Below are positions 19,121-28,779 of a stretch of DNA of 31,444 bases, piece after piece. Both the position numbers and the translations under genes were made by a program. The notes under the pieces were generated by a model, which was not told the DNA's origin, ran no database searches, and was given only the letters and a program-made list of their open reading frames with translations. How positions within the stretch are numbered: the stretch's first letter is position 1; each line of letters opens with the position of its first letter. The stretch is taken from sequence record CM022108.1; one strand, 5' to 3'.

Positions 19121-21115
19121 TTAGAGCACCGGTGACACCAGTCCAGATACCAGAAGAACACCTACAAGACGAGCATCTACAGAAATCGTTGACATACTTG
19201 CCAGTGCAACACATACAGTAACACCAAACAACATCACAAGGGCATAGTGATACATATAGCCAGATTGAAGTTGACGAAAACGTTCAGCCAGTGCAAGACT
19301 ACACTGAGAAAGACCTTGTGGGCCTACCATTTCAAGAAGACCACGATCGAGTGCACGAAAACTCGTACGATATCCCCATTCCATTGCTGGACGACCCACA
19401 TAGGCATTATAGACCACATCCACAAACCAACGACGATTACAAAAACGCATACATGCACGATACCATGGATGTGTATAGAGAGATGATACCCACGCTGGAG
19501 ATACCATACATGTCACATAGGCCACACCAAGACCAGCCAATGTACCACATACAGGAACAAGACGAATCCACTGATCAAGATATTCCGATTCCACCATAGA
19601 GTCGTGATATGGAGATGTATAGAGAGCATTTCCCCAAAAATCAGTTCCAAGACCAATAAACATATCTCGAGAGAGATAGCCCACAAAAATACTACCTACA
19701 GCTAACACATATAGAGGTAACGCCATGGTCAATGGTGCTTCATGAACATGTTTCATAGCAACACGACTAGCACGTGGTGGTACAAGAAAGACTAAAAACA
19801 AGAGTCGAAAACTATAGTAACTTGTTAAAAATACAACCAATGTAGTAATACACCATGCAAAATTTCCCATAGATGTATACTGTCCACCAGAAATTTCTAA
19901 AATAACATCTTTACTATAAAAACCTGTTAAATAAGGCCATCCTACAAGCGCTAATGTACCAATTAATGTCATAGCATACGATAGGGGTAACAGTCGTACA
20001 AGACCTCCCATACGTCGCATATCCTGTTCATCTCCCAATGCATGAATCACACTTCCAGCACTTAAAAAGAGAAGTGCCTTGAAAAAGGCATGATTTGCTA
20101 AGTGATAGATACCAAGAGCATATTGAGACATACCACAAGCTACCATCATATATCCCAACTGACTTGCTGTGGAATAGGCAATCACACGCTTCATATCATG
20201 TTGAAATGCTCCCGTTGTTGCGGCAAAAAGACATGTCATAGCACCAATCACTGTAACACATGCAAGTGCTGTTGGAGATGATTCATAGAGTGGACTTAAA
20301 CGAGCCAGTAAAAACACACCAGCTGTTACCATAGTAGCAGCGTGAATAAGGGCAGAAACAGGTGTTGGACCTTCCATAGCATCAGGCAGCCATGTATGAA
20401 GTCCCATTTGCGCTGATTTTCCCATAGCACCAATAAATAAAAGAATACAGGCCAAATCATTGTAATTCAATGAAAAACCCCACATCATAAAGGTATGTTG
20501 ATGACAGTGTGGTGCACATGCAAACACAGTGGCAAAATCCACACTTTGATACTGCATATATACAGCAAATGTACCCAGTGCAAGACCAACATCACCAACA
20601 CGATTCATAACCATAGCTTTAATGCTAGCTTTATTGGCAGCAACACGTGTAAACCAAAAATTAATTAAGAGATAACTAGCAAGACCAACACCTTCCCAAC
20701 CAAAAAAAAGCTGTACAAAATTATCAGCTGTAACTAACATAATCATGAAAAAGGTGAAAATGGATAAATAACTCATAAATCGCGGAATATGAGGATCAGC
20801 ACTCATATATCCTGTAGAATAGACATGGACTAAACTACTTACACCAGTAATCACCACCAACATCACACATGTTAGTGTATCAAAATAAAAACCCCATTGA
20901 GCCTGAAATAAATCAGACACAAACCACGGACTCAGGGCCACACTACATGGACTTGCCTGAAATCCCACTTCATATAGAGCCACCATAGAAAGACATGCGG
21001 TGATTACCACACTTCCTGTGGTAATCAATGCAGCTCCACGATGTCCCAAATATCGACCACCAAATCCTGCAGTCAAACTTGCCATTAGTGGCAGGGTGAT
21101 AATCAGCAGATACAT
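19121..21115 (-). CDS. nad5: NADH dehydrogenase subunit 5
   Basis: 664 aa. ...FFGWEGVGLASYLLINFWFTRVAANKASIKAMVMNRVGD...GKSAQMGLHTWLPDAMEGPTPVSALIHAATMVTAGVFL...IAYSTASQLGYM is the Nad5 signature. ATG start, TAA stop. Confidence 0.95.
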   Translation of the reverse strand: MYLLIITLPLMASLTAGFGGRYLGHRGAALITTGSVVITACLSMVALYEVGFQASPCSVALSPWFVSDLFQAQWGFYFDTLTCVMLVVITGVSSLVHVYSTGYMSADPHIPRFMSYLSIFTFFMIMLVTADNFVQLFFGWEGVGLASYLLINFWFTRVAANKASIKAMVMNRVGDVGLALGTFAVYMQYQSVDFATVFACAPHCHQHTFMMWGFSLNYNDLACILLFIGAMGKSAQMGLHTWLPDAMEGPTPVSALIHAATMVTAGVFLLARLSPLYESSPTALACVTVIGAMTCLFAATTGAFQHDMKRVIAYSTASQLGYMMVACGMSQYALGIYHLANHAFFKALLFLSAGSVIHALGDEQDMRRMGGLVRLLPLSYAMTLIGTLALVGWPYLTGFYSKDVILEISGGQYTSMGNFAWCITTLVVFLTSYYSFRLLFLVFLVPPRASRVAMKHVHEAPLTMALPLYVLAVGSIFVGYLSRDMFIGLGTDFWGNALYTSPYHDSMVESEYLDQWIRLVPVCGTLAGLGVAYVTCMVSPAWVSSLYTHPWYRACMRFCNRRWFVDVVYNAYVGRPAMEWGYRTSFRALDRGLLEMVGPQGLSQCSLALAERFRQLQSGYMYHYALVMLFGVTVCVALASMSTISVDARLVGVLLVSGLVSPVL

Positions 21116-21161
21116 TATTATTACTATGGTTTTTATACACCTCTACACGTATTGTCTACTA

Positions 21162-21235
21162 TGCACTCTGCAGGATTTGAACCTGCGACCCTCAACTTAG
21201 AAGGTTGGCGCTCTAGCCATCTGAGCTAAGAGTGC
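21162..21235 (-). tRNA. trnR: tRNA-Arg(UCU)
   Basis: Acceptor GCACTCT/AGAGTGC, D-arm GCTC/GAGC, anticodon loop CTTCTAA, T-arm GCAGG-TTCAAAT-CCTGC. 74 nt. Confidence 0.9.
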
Positions 21236-21249
21236 TGGACACATTTACG

Positions 21250-21332
21250 TGCTCACTACCGGACTTGAACCGGTATCCCCTATGGGAACAGATTTTAAGT
21301 CTGTCGTGTATAGCCAATTCCACCAAGTGAGC
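21250..21332 (-). tRNA. trnL: tRNA-Leu(UAA)
   Basis: Acceptor GCTCACT/AGTGAGC, anticodon stem ACAGA/TCTGT with loop CTTAAAA, long variable arm, T-arm ACCGG-TTCAAGT-CCGGT. 83 nt. Confidence 0.88.
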
Positions 21333-21350
21333 AAACACATGAGTAGACAT

Positions 21351-21896
21351 TTAGTCTGACAGTGCTTGAAGTGCTTTAGAAATTACATCACTAGATACAT
21401 GGCTGTTGTGCACACCATGTTCTAACATTACAAGAGCTGGAATTCCCATGGCAACTTGATGTACCATGCGAGATGTTTGTCCAGCTGACATCGTATGAAT
21501 ATAGGCACATCGTTGATGAATACCACGACTCACCTCCTGGCGTACCATATCCGTACATGTTTGAGCAAAATGTGAGACATTGTGATATACTGTGTTTCCC
21601 AATGCTGCCATAGAGGCACCCACATGTGTGGTTGATGTATGCACATGCACCAGAGAGTGCAGTGCCTGTTCACGAGCTACAAGAGACTGCTCCAATTCAT
21701 GAGCAATATCATGACCACGACTATCCATACTTGCACCAATACTATCACCAGCATAGGTATATACAAGATAGACAAAAAGAAAAAAACTCAGGGCCACAAG
21801 AGTTTCTTCGTTATAAATTAAAATATGTTTACTGCTACAGACACACCATAGCAAAAATGCTGCTACATACCAGCGTACATCACGAGTGCGAATCAT
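21351..21896 (-). CDS. atp4: ATP synthase F0 subunit b (ymf39 / plant orf25 family)
   Basis: An N-terminal membrane segment is followed by HILIYNEETLVALSFFLFV, matching the ILIYNEE motif of mitochondrial atp4/ymf39. It lies immediately downstream of atp8. ATG at 21896 (an in-frame TTG lies at 21914). TAA stop. Confidence 0.75.
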   Translation of the reverse strand: MIRTRDVRWYVAAFLLWCVCSSKHILIYNEETLVALSFFLFVYLVYTYAGDSIGASMDSRGHDIAHELEQSLVAREQALHSLVHVHTSTTHVGASMAALGNTVYHNVSHFAQTCTDMVRQEVSRGIHQRCAYIHTMSAGQTSRMVHQVAMGIPALVMLEHGVHNSHVSSDVISKALQALSD

Positions 21897-21916
21897 GTCT
21901 ATTGAGTTTTTCAATG

Positions 21917-22375
21917 TTATCCACGAGCTTCACTAAGAGTGCGTAGCATATAGGCTACACGTAAAGACATAGGTGCCTGTGTAAGGGCATGATACTGGGC
22001 ACATTCCTGACTTACCACCTGTTGTGCCATATGTCGCATATACGCAGCATCAGCACTGCCATAGTGTTGTGTCATGATATCACGACGTGTGGCATGGGTC
22101 CATGTTTGTGCTTGAGTTTGAGCCGTGTGCATGGCACTACGAGCTTCATGGTGGGCTTGACTAAGCACACCATACACACTATGTTCCACATGTTGTACTT
22201 CGTTATTGGAATCACCGGCATGATGTTGCATATGGTGAATACGTGCTTGACGATAGGCCATAATACGACTTACACGGGGTAACCAATATTTTGTGGCACC
22301 ATAGTATAAACCACCATAAAACACACACAGCCAAAAATATTGTGAAAGGTAGGTCACATGATCAAGTTGTGGCAT
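21917..22375 (-). CDS. atp8: ATP synthase F0 subunit 8 (ymf19 / plant orfB family)
   Basis: MPQLDHVTYLSQYFWLCVFYGGLYY...LPRVSRIMAYR is the MPQLD-type Atp8 N-terminus. 152 aa, as in plant-type atp8. The upstream part of ORF 21917-22585 reads through trnY. TAA stop. Confidence 0.82.
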   Translation of the reverse strand: MPQLDHVTYLSQYFWLCVFYGGLYYGATKYWLPRVSRIMAYRQARIHHMQHHAGDSNNEVQHVEHSVYGVLSQAHHEARSAMHTAQTQAQTWTHATRRDIMTQHYGSADAAYMRHMAQQVVSQECAQYHALTQAPMSLRVAYMLRTLSEARG

Positions 22376-22418
22376 GAATATCTCGATTTTATCAGTCCAT
22401 ATATATATGGAGCGTATC

Positions 22419-22501
22419 TGGGAGAGGTAGGATTCGAACCTACGTAGACCTATGTCAACGGAGTTACAGTCCGTCGCCTTTAGCCACTCAGCCACTCTCC
22501 C
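22419..22501 (-). tRNA. trnY: tRNA-Tyr(GUA), bacterial type with long variable arm
   Basis: Acceptor GGGAGAG/CTCTCCC, anticodon stem ACGGA/TCCGT with loop CTGTAAC, long variable arm, T-arm GTAGG-TTCGAAT-CCTAC. 83 nt. Confidence 0.9.
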
Positions 22502-22564
22502 AGCACACATAGAATGCACACATCGACATGCACATCTATATAAAATACACAGAGATCTGTATGT

Positions 22565-22574
22565 TATATAGAGA
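22565..22574 (+). promoter_or_regulatory. candidate promoter word TATATAGAGA (faces trnI-cox2 block)
   Basis: In the divergent trnY/trnI spacer, 53 nt upstream of trnI. Confidence 0.25.
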
Positions 22575-22626
22575 CAGCTCCACACTGCTGTATGTATCTC
22601 ATAGACCTCTATACTACATATATGTG

Positions 22627-22700
22627 GAGCAAGTAACTCAGTTGGTTAGAGTACACGCTTGATAAGCGTGATGTCGGGGGTTCAAGTCCCTTCTTGCTCA
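22627..22700 (+). tRNA. trnI: tRNA-Ile(GAU)
   Basis: Acceptor GAGCAAG/CTTGCTC, D-arm ACTC/GAGT, anticodon stem CACGC/GCGTG with loop TTGATAA, T-loop TTCAAGT. 74 nt. Confidence 0.9.
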
Positions 22701-22710
22701 AATATTGTTG

Positions 22711-23565
22711 ATGCTATTCATGATATACACACTTCTCTATACTGTTTATTATTATGTATATCATCAAAAAATATCTCAATTCTGTATGGCTCTAAAAATG
22801 TTTGTACTGGGTCTCTGTATGCCGGTGTATGCCCATATGGATGCACCTGAACCATGGCAAATGGGTTTTCAAGATCCTGCCACACCTATTGCTCAAGGTA
22901 TTATGGATTTACACCATGACCTTATGTTTATTGTTGTATTTGTGGCTGTGTTTGTGACATGGATGTTAACGCGTACGCTCTATCATTTTCGTGCGTCACG
23001 TAATCCTCTTCCACAAAAAATTATTCATGGAACACTTATTGAAGTGCTATGGACAGTAACACCAAGTTTAATTCTTGTTATGATTGCTGTACCAAGTTTT
23101 GCACTCCTATATAGTCTAGATGAAGTTGTGGATCCTGCAGTTACTGTAAAGGCTATTGGTCATCAGTGGTATTGGACCTATGAATATAGTGATTATGCAG
23201 AAGGTGACGACCAAAGCATTCAATTTGATAGTTATATGATTCCTGATGATGAATTGGAACTGGGACAACTTCGACTTTTAGAAGTGGACAATCGTATGGT
23301 TGTACCAGTACATACGCATGTTCGTGTGGTGATTACTGCTGCAGATGTGCTTCACAGCTGGGCAGTGCCAAGTCTTGGTGTAAAATGTGATGCTGTACCA
23401 GGTCGTCTCAACCAAGTTCCTGTATATATTCGTCGTGAAGGTGTATTTTATGGTCAATGTAGTGAACTTTGTGGTGTCAACCACGGCTTTATGCCTATTG
23501 TTGTGGAGGCAGTGCCCCTGGAAAACTATGTTGATTGGATTGCTGAACGTTTAGAGGAAATCTAA
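22711..23565 (+). CDS. cox2: cytochrome c oxidase subunit 2
   Basis: ...[27 protein letters not shown]...[12 protein letters not shown]...[24 protein letters not shown]...[16 protein letters not shown] are Cox2 signatures. First ATG at 22711. A later start at 22789 (MALKMF...) is possible. TAA stop. Confidence 0.94.
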   Translation: MLFMIYTLLYTVYYYVYHQKISQFCMALKMFVLGLCMPVYAHMDAPEPWQMGFQDPATPIAQGIMDLHHDLMFIVVFVAVFVTWMLTRTLYHFRASRNPLPQKIIHGTLIEVLWTVTPSLILVMIAVPSFALLYSLDEVVDPAVTVKAIGHQWYWTYEYSDYAEGDDQSIQFDSYMIPDDELELGQLRLLEVDNRMVVPVHTHVRVVITAADVLHSWAVPSLGVKCDAVPGRLNQVPVYIRREGVFYGQCSELCGVNHGFMPIVVEAVPLENYVDWIAERLEEI

Positions 23566-23585
23566 ACGCTGGTTTTCTTTTGTTA

Positions 23586-23626
23586 TGTATAGTCTATGTA
23601 TATAACGGATATCAATAGACTATATA
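23586..23626. other. hairpin in the cox2-cox3 spacer
   Basis: TATAGTCTAT (23588-23597) pairs perfectly with ATAGACTATA (23615-23624), plus two flanking pairs. The loop is 17 nt. Confidence 0.6.
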
Positions 23627-23647
23627 CACTAAAAAAGTAGACAATAT

Positions 23648-24439
23648 ATGTCATCAAAACATCCATTTCATCTTGTTGATCCTAGTCCGTGGCCAATTTT
23701 TGCAAGTTTTGCAGCATTGGTTATGACATGTGGTGGTGTTATGTATATGCACAGTTATGAACATGGAGGTCTTGTACTAAGTCTTGGTTTTAGCATGGTA
23801 CTGTATGCTATGATTGTATGGTGGCGTGATGTTATTCGTGAAGCAAGTTTTCAGGGACATCATACCCAAGAAGTACAAACAGGACTGAGATATGGAATGT
23901 TACTCTTTATTGTGTCTGAAATTATGTTTTTTGTAGCATTTTTTTGGGCATTTTTCCACTCAAGTTTATCACCAACAGTGGATATTGGGTGTGTTTGGCC
24001 ACCCAAGGGTATTGAAGCGGTAAATCCATGGGATATTCCTCTATTAAATACTATGTTACTTTTAACAAGTGGTGCCAGTGTGACATGGGCACATCACGCT
24101 ATTTTAGCTGGTAATCAACGTGAAGGTGTGTATGCTCTTGTGGCCACTGTGGTATTAGCGGCTATTTTTACAGGATTTCAAGCATACGAGTATATGGAAG
24201 CACCCTTTACCATTAGTGATGGTATTTATGGTTCAACCTTTTATCTTGCTACTGGATTTCATGGATTTCATGTTATGATTGGAACACTTTTTTTAACTGT
24301 GTGTCTCTATCGTCTTGCTCGCGGTCACTATAGTCCAGGTCATCATGTGGGTTTTGAATCTGCGGCGTGGTACTGGCATATGGTGGATGTGGTATGGTTA
24401 TTTTTATTTGTGTGTATGTATTATTGGGGTGGTGCCTAA
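23648..24439 (+). CDS. cox3: cytochrome c oxidase subunit 3
   Basis: [17 protein letters not shown]...[29 protein letters not shown]...[20 protein letters not shown]...[16 protein letters not shown] are Cox3 signatures. TAA stop. Confidence 0.96.
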   Translation: MSSKHPFHLVDPSPWPIFASFAALVMTCGGVMYMHSYEHGGLVLSLGFSMVLYAMIVWWRDVIREASFQGHHTQEVQTGLRYGMLLFIVSEIMFFVAFFWAFFHSSLSPTVDIGCVWPPKGIEAVNPWDIPLLNTMLLLTSGASVTWAHHAILAGNQREGVYALVATVVLAAIFTGFQAYEYMEAPFTISDGIYGSTFYLATGFHGFHVMIGTLFLTVCLYRLARGHYSPGHHVGFESAAWYWHMVDVVWLFLFVCMYYWGGA

Positions 24440-24463
24440 TAGTAATAAAACAACGTGTGTGAT

Positions 24464-25660
24464 ATGGCTATTGAACAAGCGCTTACACCCCAGCGTGTAA
24501 AACACTTTACCTTGAATTTTGGTCCACAACATCCAGCAGCCCATGGTGTGCTTCGTTTGGTTTTGGAAATGCAAGGTGAAGTGGTGGAGCGTGCAGATCC
24601 GCACATTGGACTCCTGCACCGAGGTACGGAGAAACTTGTGGAATATAAAAATTATCTCCAAGCTCTGCCCTATTTTGATCGTCTTGACTATGTGTCTATG
24701 ATGTGTCAAGAACACGCCTATTCTCTGGCGGTGGAGCGTTTATTGGGCGTATCCGTACCACACCGAGCACAATATATTCGTGTGCTTTATAGTGAACTTA
24801 CTCGTCTTTTAAACCATCTCTTAGCACTGACATGTCATGCTATGGATGTTGGTGCGTTAACTCCCTTTTTATGGGCCTTTGAAGAGCGCGAAAAACTCAT
24901 GGAGTTTTACGAACGTGTTAGTGGTGCTCGTATGCACGCGGCCTATATTCGTCCAGGTGGTGTTGCACAAGATCTTCCCATGGGATTAAGTCAAGATATT
25001 CACACCTTTGCTCGTCAATTCGCATCTCGTATTGACGAAATGGAGGAAATGTTAACTGGAAATCGAATTTGGAAACAACGTCTTGTGGATGTTGGTCGTG
25101 TTACACGAGATCAAGCTCTTGATTGGGGTTTTTCTGGTGTGATGTTACGTGGTAGTGGTGTTGCCTGGGATATTCGTAAAACAGAACCCTATGATGTCTA
25201 TAAAGACATGGATTTTTCGGTACCTGTTGGAACTCGTGGCGATTGTTATGATCGATATCTTATTCGTATTGAAGAAATGCGTGAGAGTCTTCGTATTATT
25301 GCCCAATGTTTACACAATATGCCCACAGGACCTATTCGTATCGATGATCGCAAAATCACACCACCAAGTCGTGGTGATATGAAACAGTCTATGGAAGCTC
25401 TAATTCATCACTTTAAATATTATACAGAAGGTGTTGTTGTACCAGCTGGTCAAACATATGTACCAGTAGAAGCACCTAAAGGAGAGTTTGGAGTCTATCT
25501 TGTAAGCAATGGAACTCATCGTCCCTATCGATGCAAAATTCGTGCACCAGGATTTGCCCATCTCCAAGGTATTGACTTTATGTCTCGTGGACATATGCTT
25601 GCTGATGTGGTTACCATGATTGGAACACAAGATATTGTGTTTGGAGAAGTTGATCGATAA
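24464..25660 (+). CDS. nad7: NADH dehydrogenase subunit 7
   Basis: ...[44 protein letters not shown]...[17 protein letters not shown]...[10 protein letters not shown]...[12 protein letters not shown]...[10 protein letters not shown] are Nad7/NuoD signatures. ATG at 24464 (an in-frame GTG lies at 24455). TAA stop. Confidence 0.95.
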   Translation: MAIEQALTPQRVKHFTLNFGPQHPAAHGVLRLVLEMQGEVVERADPHIGLLHRGTEKLVEYKNYLQALPYFDRLDYVSMMCQEHAYSLAVERLLGVSVPHRAQYIRVLYSELTRLLNHLLALTCHAMDVGALTPFLWAFEEREKLMEFYERVSGARMHAAYIRPGGVAQDLPMGLSQDIHTFARQFASRIDEMEEMLTGNRIWKQRLVDVGRVTRDQALDWGFSGVMLRGSGVAWDIRKTEPYDVYKDMDFSVPVGTRGDCYDRYLIRIEEMRESLRIIAQCLHNMPTGPIRIDDRKITPPSRGDMKQSMEALIHHFKYYTEGVVVPAGQTYVPVEAPKGEFGVYLVSNGTHRPYRCKIRAPGFAHLQGIDFMSRGHMLADVVTMIGTQDIVFGEVDR

Positions 25661-25700
25661 GAAAGCAACAAAAACACCATGAGTCACCATACTTATGGTT

Positions 25701-26087
25701 TTATTTTAAATATAAACAATATAAACCCATGGTCCCTGGACGGGTAAGTGTACAGGTTATTTCAATTCCTGGAATATGAGCACGTTCCACAAGAGCCATA
25801 AAGATATAGGCCATTGATGGTGTATAAGTTGCAGAAAAAAAACGTGTATGTGTGCGTTCCATAAATTGTTCACGAGATTTCTTATTCACATGAGGAGATC
25901 GTAACACCGTACATAGATATCGACGTTGTGGGCCAGGTCCCGTATGCATATGGTGTGCGTGACACATACTAGCAACAGATAAGCACCATACCGCAGCTTG
26001 AGCTACATGTGTCCATGTATACCCAGTTATTTTAAGACGTACATGATACATAACAATGCTCGTGTTTTTTTTCATGAATACATACAT
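25701..26087 (-). CDS. rps10: ribosomal protein S10
   Basis: ...HVRLKITGYTWTHV......GPGPQRRYLCTVLRSPHVNKKSREQFMERTHTRFF...HIPGIEI follows the uS10 pattern (lrSPh-kKsreqfe-r-h-R). 128 aa. TAA stop. Confidence 0.8.
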   Translation of the reverse strand: MYVFMKKNTSIVMYHVRLKITGYTWTHVAQAAVWCLSVASMCHAHHMHTGPGPQRRYLCTVLRSPHVNKKSREQFMERTHTRFFSATYTPSMAYIFMALVERAHIPGIEITCTLTRPGTMGLYCLYLK

Positions 26088-26119
26088 ATACTATATAGTG
26101 TATATACTATATAGTGTAT
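26088..26119. repeat. perfect tandem duplication, 2 x 16 nt (ATACTATATAGTGTAT)
   Basis: It fills almost the entire 34-nt spacer between the nad2 stop (26122) and the rps10 start (26087). Each unit contains the palindrome ACTATATAGT. Confidence 0.85.
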
Positions 26120-26121
26120 GT

Positions 26122-27639
26122 TTACGCACATACACATAGGGCAAGACGTTGTGCTACACTTTCAATAGGACTTGGATACATCATAAGACATACAAGAACA
26201 ATAATACTACATGCTTGAATGCAGGCGGACACATAATTCATACGTGGTGCTTCGGGCCATGTAGATGACGTTTCAAAATACATCACTTTAATAACACGAA
26301 TATAATAAAAACAACTCACAACACTTGTTAACACACCTAATACAGCCAAACTATTCATATGACCTGCAACAGCACTGTAAAATACCATGGCTTTGCTATA
26401 GAATCCCGCCAGTGGTGGAATACCAGCCATGCTAAACCATCCCACACATAGGGTTAACGCGAGTAGTGGTTGTGATACACCAATACCTGTAAGGTCTGTG
26501 ACAAGGCGTGGACTTTGACCACCTTGAGCATCCCCTAAAATATAGGTAAACATGGTGATATTCATACACGTATATACAAATAAATAGAGAAACATTGCTT
26601 GAACACCCTCAGGAGTACCTGTACTTAAAGCAGCTAACATAAAGCCTACGTGACCAACACTACTTAGTGCAAGAAGTCGTTTTAGTCGTGTTTGTACGAG
26701 AGCCGCAAAGGCACCAACAATCATGGACATAGCGCTAGCAACCACAAGTACAGTTTGCCATGTATCCATAAAGTCATAACATGCCCCATAGAGTACACGA
26801 ACCAGAGCACCCATAAAAGCAATTTTTGGCACCATCATAAAATAGGCTGTAACGCTTGTGGGAGCACCTTCATAGACATCAGGAGACCACATATGAAAGG
26901 GTGCTGCAGCAAGCTTAAAGAGCAGTCCAGTAAGAACTAATAAAAGCCCCAGTTCACATGTGGGCATACCTTGAGTTGTAATCAGTGCTGTATGTGTACC
27001 CCCAGCATATAACTGAGCCATATCCATAAAGTTTGTGGTTCCTGTTGCACCATACATAAGGCTTGCTCCAAGAAGTAATAAACCACTGGATAGCGCCCCC
27101 AACACAAAGTATTTTAAACCGGCTTCCACAGCAAATTCTGAATGTCGTGCATAGGCCGCGAGTACATAAAAACATAAACTTTGTAATTCAATAGCTAGAT
27201 AGAGGGACAGTAAATCTTGACTTGACACCAGCAACATCATACCTTGTGTGGCCAATAGAATTAACACAACATATTCATAACTATTGAGACGAGATCGAAT
27301 GCAATATCCTACACCACACCAGAGAGATACCATGGTTGTACACACAATTGCCATATGAAGTGTTGTGGATACACTATCCAAACTCTGGGTATGATATAAC
27401 ACTGTGGCAGAAACATCTGGTGCATTATGGAGTAACACACCTGTTAATGCCAAAATCCATAAAGCCATATATGTTGCGTTTGACATCAATACTGGCGCGT
27501 GTCGATGTGTATTTGTTGAATAATACACACCATACACAAGAATACCCAGTGTGGCAACACTACAATAGAGAAATGGAATAAGAAGTGGAAGGTCCACATC
27601 AAATACCATGGAAATACAGTTGGTGTAATAGAGATTCAT
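26122..27639 (-). CDS. nad2: NADH dehydrogenase subunit 2
   Basis: ...LSLYLAIELQSLCFYVLAA...EAGLKYFVLGALSSGLLLLG...KLAAAPFHMWSPDVYEGAPTSVTAYF... are Nad2 signatures. ATG at 27639. The upstream part of ORF 26122-27738 runs into trnC. TAA stop. Confidence 0.92.
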   Translation of the reverse strand: MNLYYTNCISMVFDVDLPLLIPFLYCSVATLGILVYGVYYSTNTHRHAPVLMSNATYMALWILALTGVLLHNAPDVSATVLYHTQSLDSVSTTLHMAIVCTTMVSLWCGVGYCIRSRLNSYEYVVLILLATQGMMLLVSSQDLLSLYLAIELQSLCFYVLAAYARHSEFAVEAGLKYFVLGALSSGLLLLGASLMYGATGTTNFMDMAQLYAGGTHTALITTQGMPTCELGLLLVLTGLLFKLAAAPFHMWSPDVYEGAPTSVTAYFMMVPKIAFMGALVRVLYGACYDFMDTWQTVLVVASAMSMIVGAFAALVQTRLKRLLALSSVGHVGFMLAALSTGTPEGVQAMFLYLFVYTCMNITMFTYILGDAQGGQSPRLVTDLTGIGVSQPLLALTLCVGWFSMAGIPPLAGFYSKAMVFYSAVAGHMNSLAVLGVLTSVVSCFYYIRVIKVMYFETSSTWPEAPRMNYVSACIQACSIIVLVCLMMYPSPIESVAQRLALCVCA

Positions 27640-27691
27640 AGATATATCCTGTTGTTCTTTATAAAATATCACCATGAGACACAGAAAAAGT

Positions 27692-27762
27692 AGGTCGAGG
27701 GCAGACTTGAACTGCCATTGTAGGATTTGCAATCCCACACATTACCATTATGTTACCCGACC
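27692..27762 (-). tRNA. trnC: tRNA-Cys(GCA)
   Basis: GGTCGGG-TA-ACAT-AATGGTA-ATGT-G-TGGGA-TTGCAAA-TCCTA-CAAT-GGCAG-TTCAAGT-CTGCC-CTCGACC-T. 71 nt. Confidence 0.9.
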
Positions 27763-27799
27763 ATAATAGATGTGTCCAAAATATAAACATACCAAAATA

Positions 27800-28246
27800 T
27801 TATAATGTCCACCATTGATATCGAGTATATGCACGATTTGCTTCGGCAATACGATGCATATCCATACGCTGTTGCATGGCCCAACCTTGACCACGAGCAG
27901 CATCCAAAAATTCTTCACCAAGACACGTACTATATACATATCCATGACGACGACGAGCAGCTTCAAGAATCCATCGCATACCTTGAGCATGAGCTTGGTG
28001 TGGTGTGAGTAATTTTGGTACTTGAAGTGATGTTCCTGCCACACGAACACGACGATAACTCACCACCGGGGCGCATGTATCCATAGCTTGACACACTACC
28101 TGTTGTACATCAGCATTTTGCTGTGCAATGTGTGTTATAGCTTGATTCCATACGTGTTGAGCACGACACGTATGACCACTACGTGTTAAAAGTGCCATAC
28201 ACATACGTCGGATTTCCATATAGGTAGACATATCTACAGAGTTCAT
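27800..28246 (-). CDS. rps7: ribosomal protein S7
   Basis: ...AMDTCAPVVSYRRVRVAGTSLQVPKLLTPHQAHAQGMRWILEAARRR...LGEEFLDAARGQGWAMQQRMDMHRIAEANRAYTRYQW follows the uS7 pattern. ATG at 28246 (the ORF is open to 28333). It lies downstream of rps12, as in the str operon. TAA stop. Confidence 0.85.
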   Translation of the reverse strand: MNSVDMSTYMEIRRMCMALLTRSGHTCRAQHVWNQAITHIAQQNADVQQVVCQAMDTCAPVVSYRRVRVAGTSLQVPKLLTPHQAHAQGMRWILEAARRRHGYVYSTCLGEEFLDAARGQGWAMQQRMDMHRIAEANRAYTRYQWWTL

Positions 28247-28365
28247 AAACACATATATATTGTTGTGAAAAAAAATAATAAAATATACGTTGACATTGTA
28301 TGTGTATACATACGTATCTAGATATAGAAACAAGGATGTTTTACATATATCACAAGTATATGACG

Positions 28366-28746
28366 TTAGTCACGAGGTCGTGGTGTTCCATATTTTGATC
28401 GTGCTGTGCGTCGTTCTTGTACGCCACCAAGATCCAAGACACCTCGACACACTCGATATTTCACACCGGGTAAATCTTTTACACGTCCACCACGAATAGC
28501 AACCACTGAGTGCTCTTGAAGTGTATGACCTTCTCCAGGAATATAGGCAATTACTTCAATACCGGAACTTAAACGAATTTTTGCAACTTTTCGTAAAGCA
28601 CTATTTGGTTTTTTTGGTGTACGTGTATAGACACGAAAACATACACCTCGTTTTTGAGGCGCAGCACCAAGCGCTGGAGCACGACGACGACGATGTGGAC
28701 TTCGACGACGGGTTGCGTGTTTCATAAGTTGCATTCGTGTAGGCAT
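28366..28746 (-). CDS. rps12: ribosomal protein S12
   Basis: MPTRMQLMK...[76 protein letters not shown] is the canonical uS12. TAA stop. Confidence 0.96.
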   Translation of the reverse strand: MPTRMQLMKHATRRRSPHRRRRAPALGAAPQKRGVCFRVYTRTPKKPNSALRKVAKIRLSSGIEVIAYIPGEGHTLQEHSVVAIRGGRVKDLPGVKYRVCRGVLDLGGVQERRTARSKYGTPRPRD

Positions 28747-28779
28747 ACTACAAACAATGTTTTTGTATAGGATGTTTAT

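Noticed and set aside
24437-24448. cox3 ends with four consecutive in-frame stop codons (TAA TAG TAA TAA)
   Set aside because: It is real in the sequence but most simply explained by an A/T-rich 24-nt spacer. Other genes show no comparable tandem stops, so I see no evidence of a read-through safeguard.
25686-25699. A small palindrome, ACCATA-CT-TATGGT, at the convergent nad7/rps10 junction as a possible bidirectional terminator
   Set aside because: The stem is only 6 bp with a 2-nt centre. That is too weak and too short to distinguish from chance in this palindrome-rich composition.
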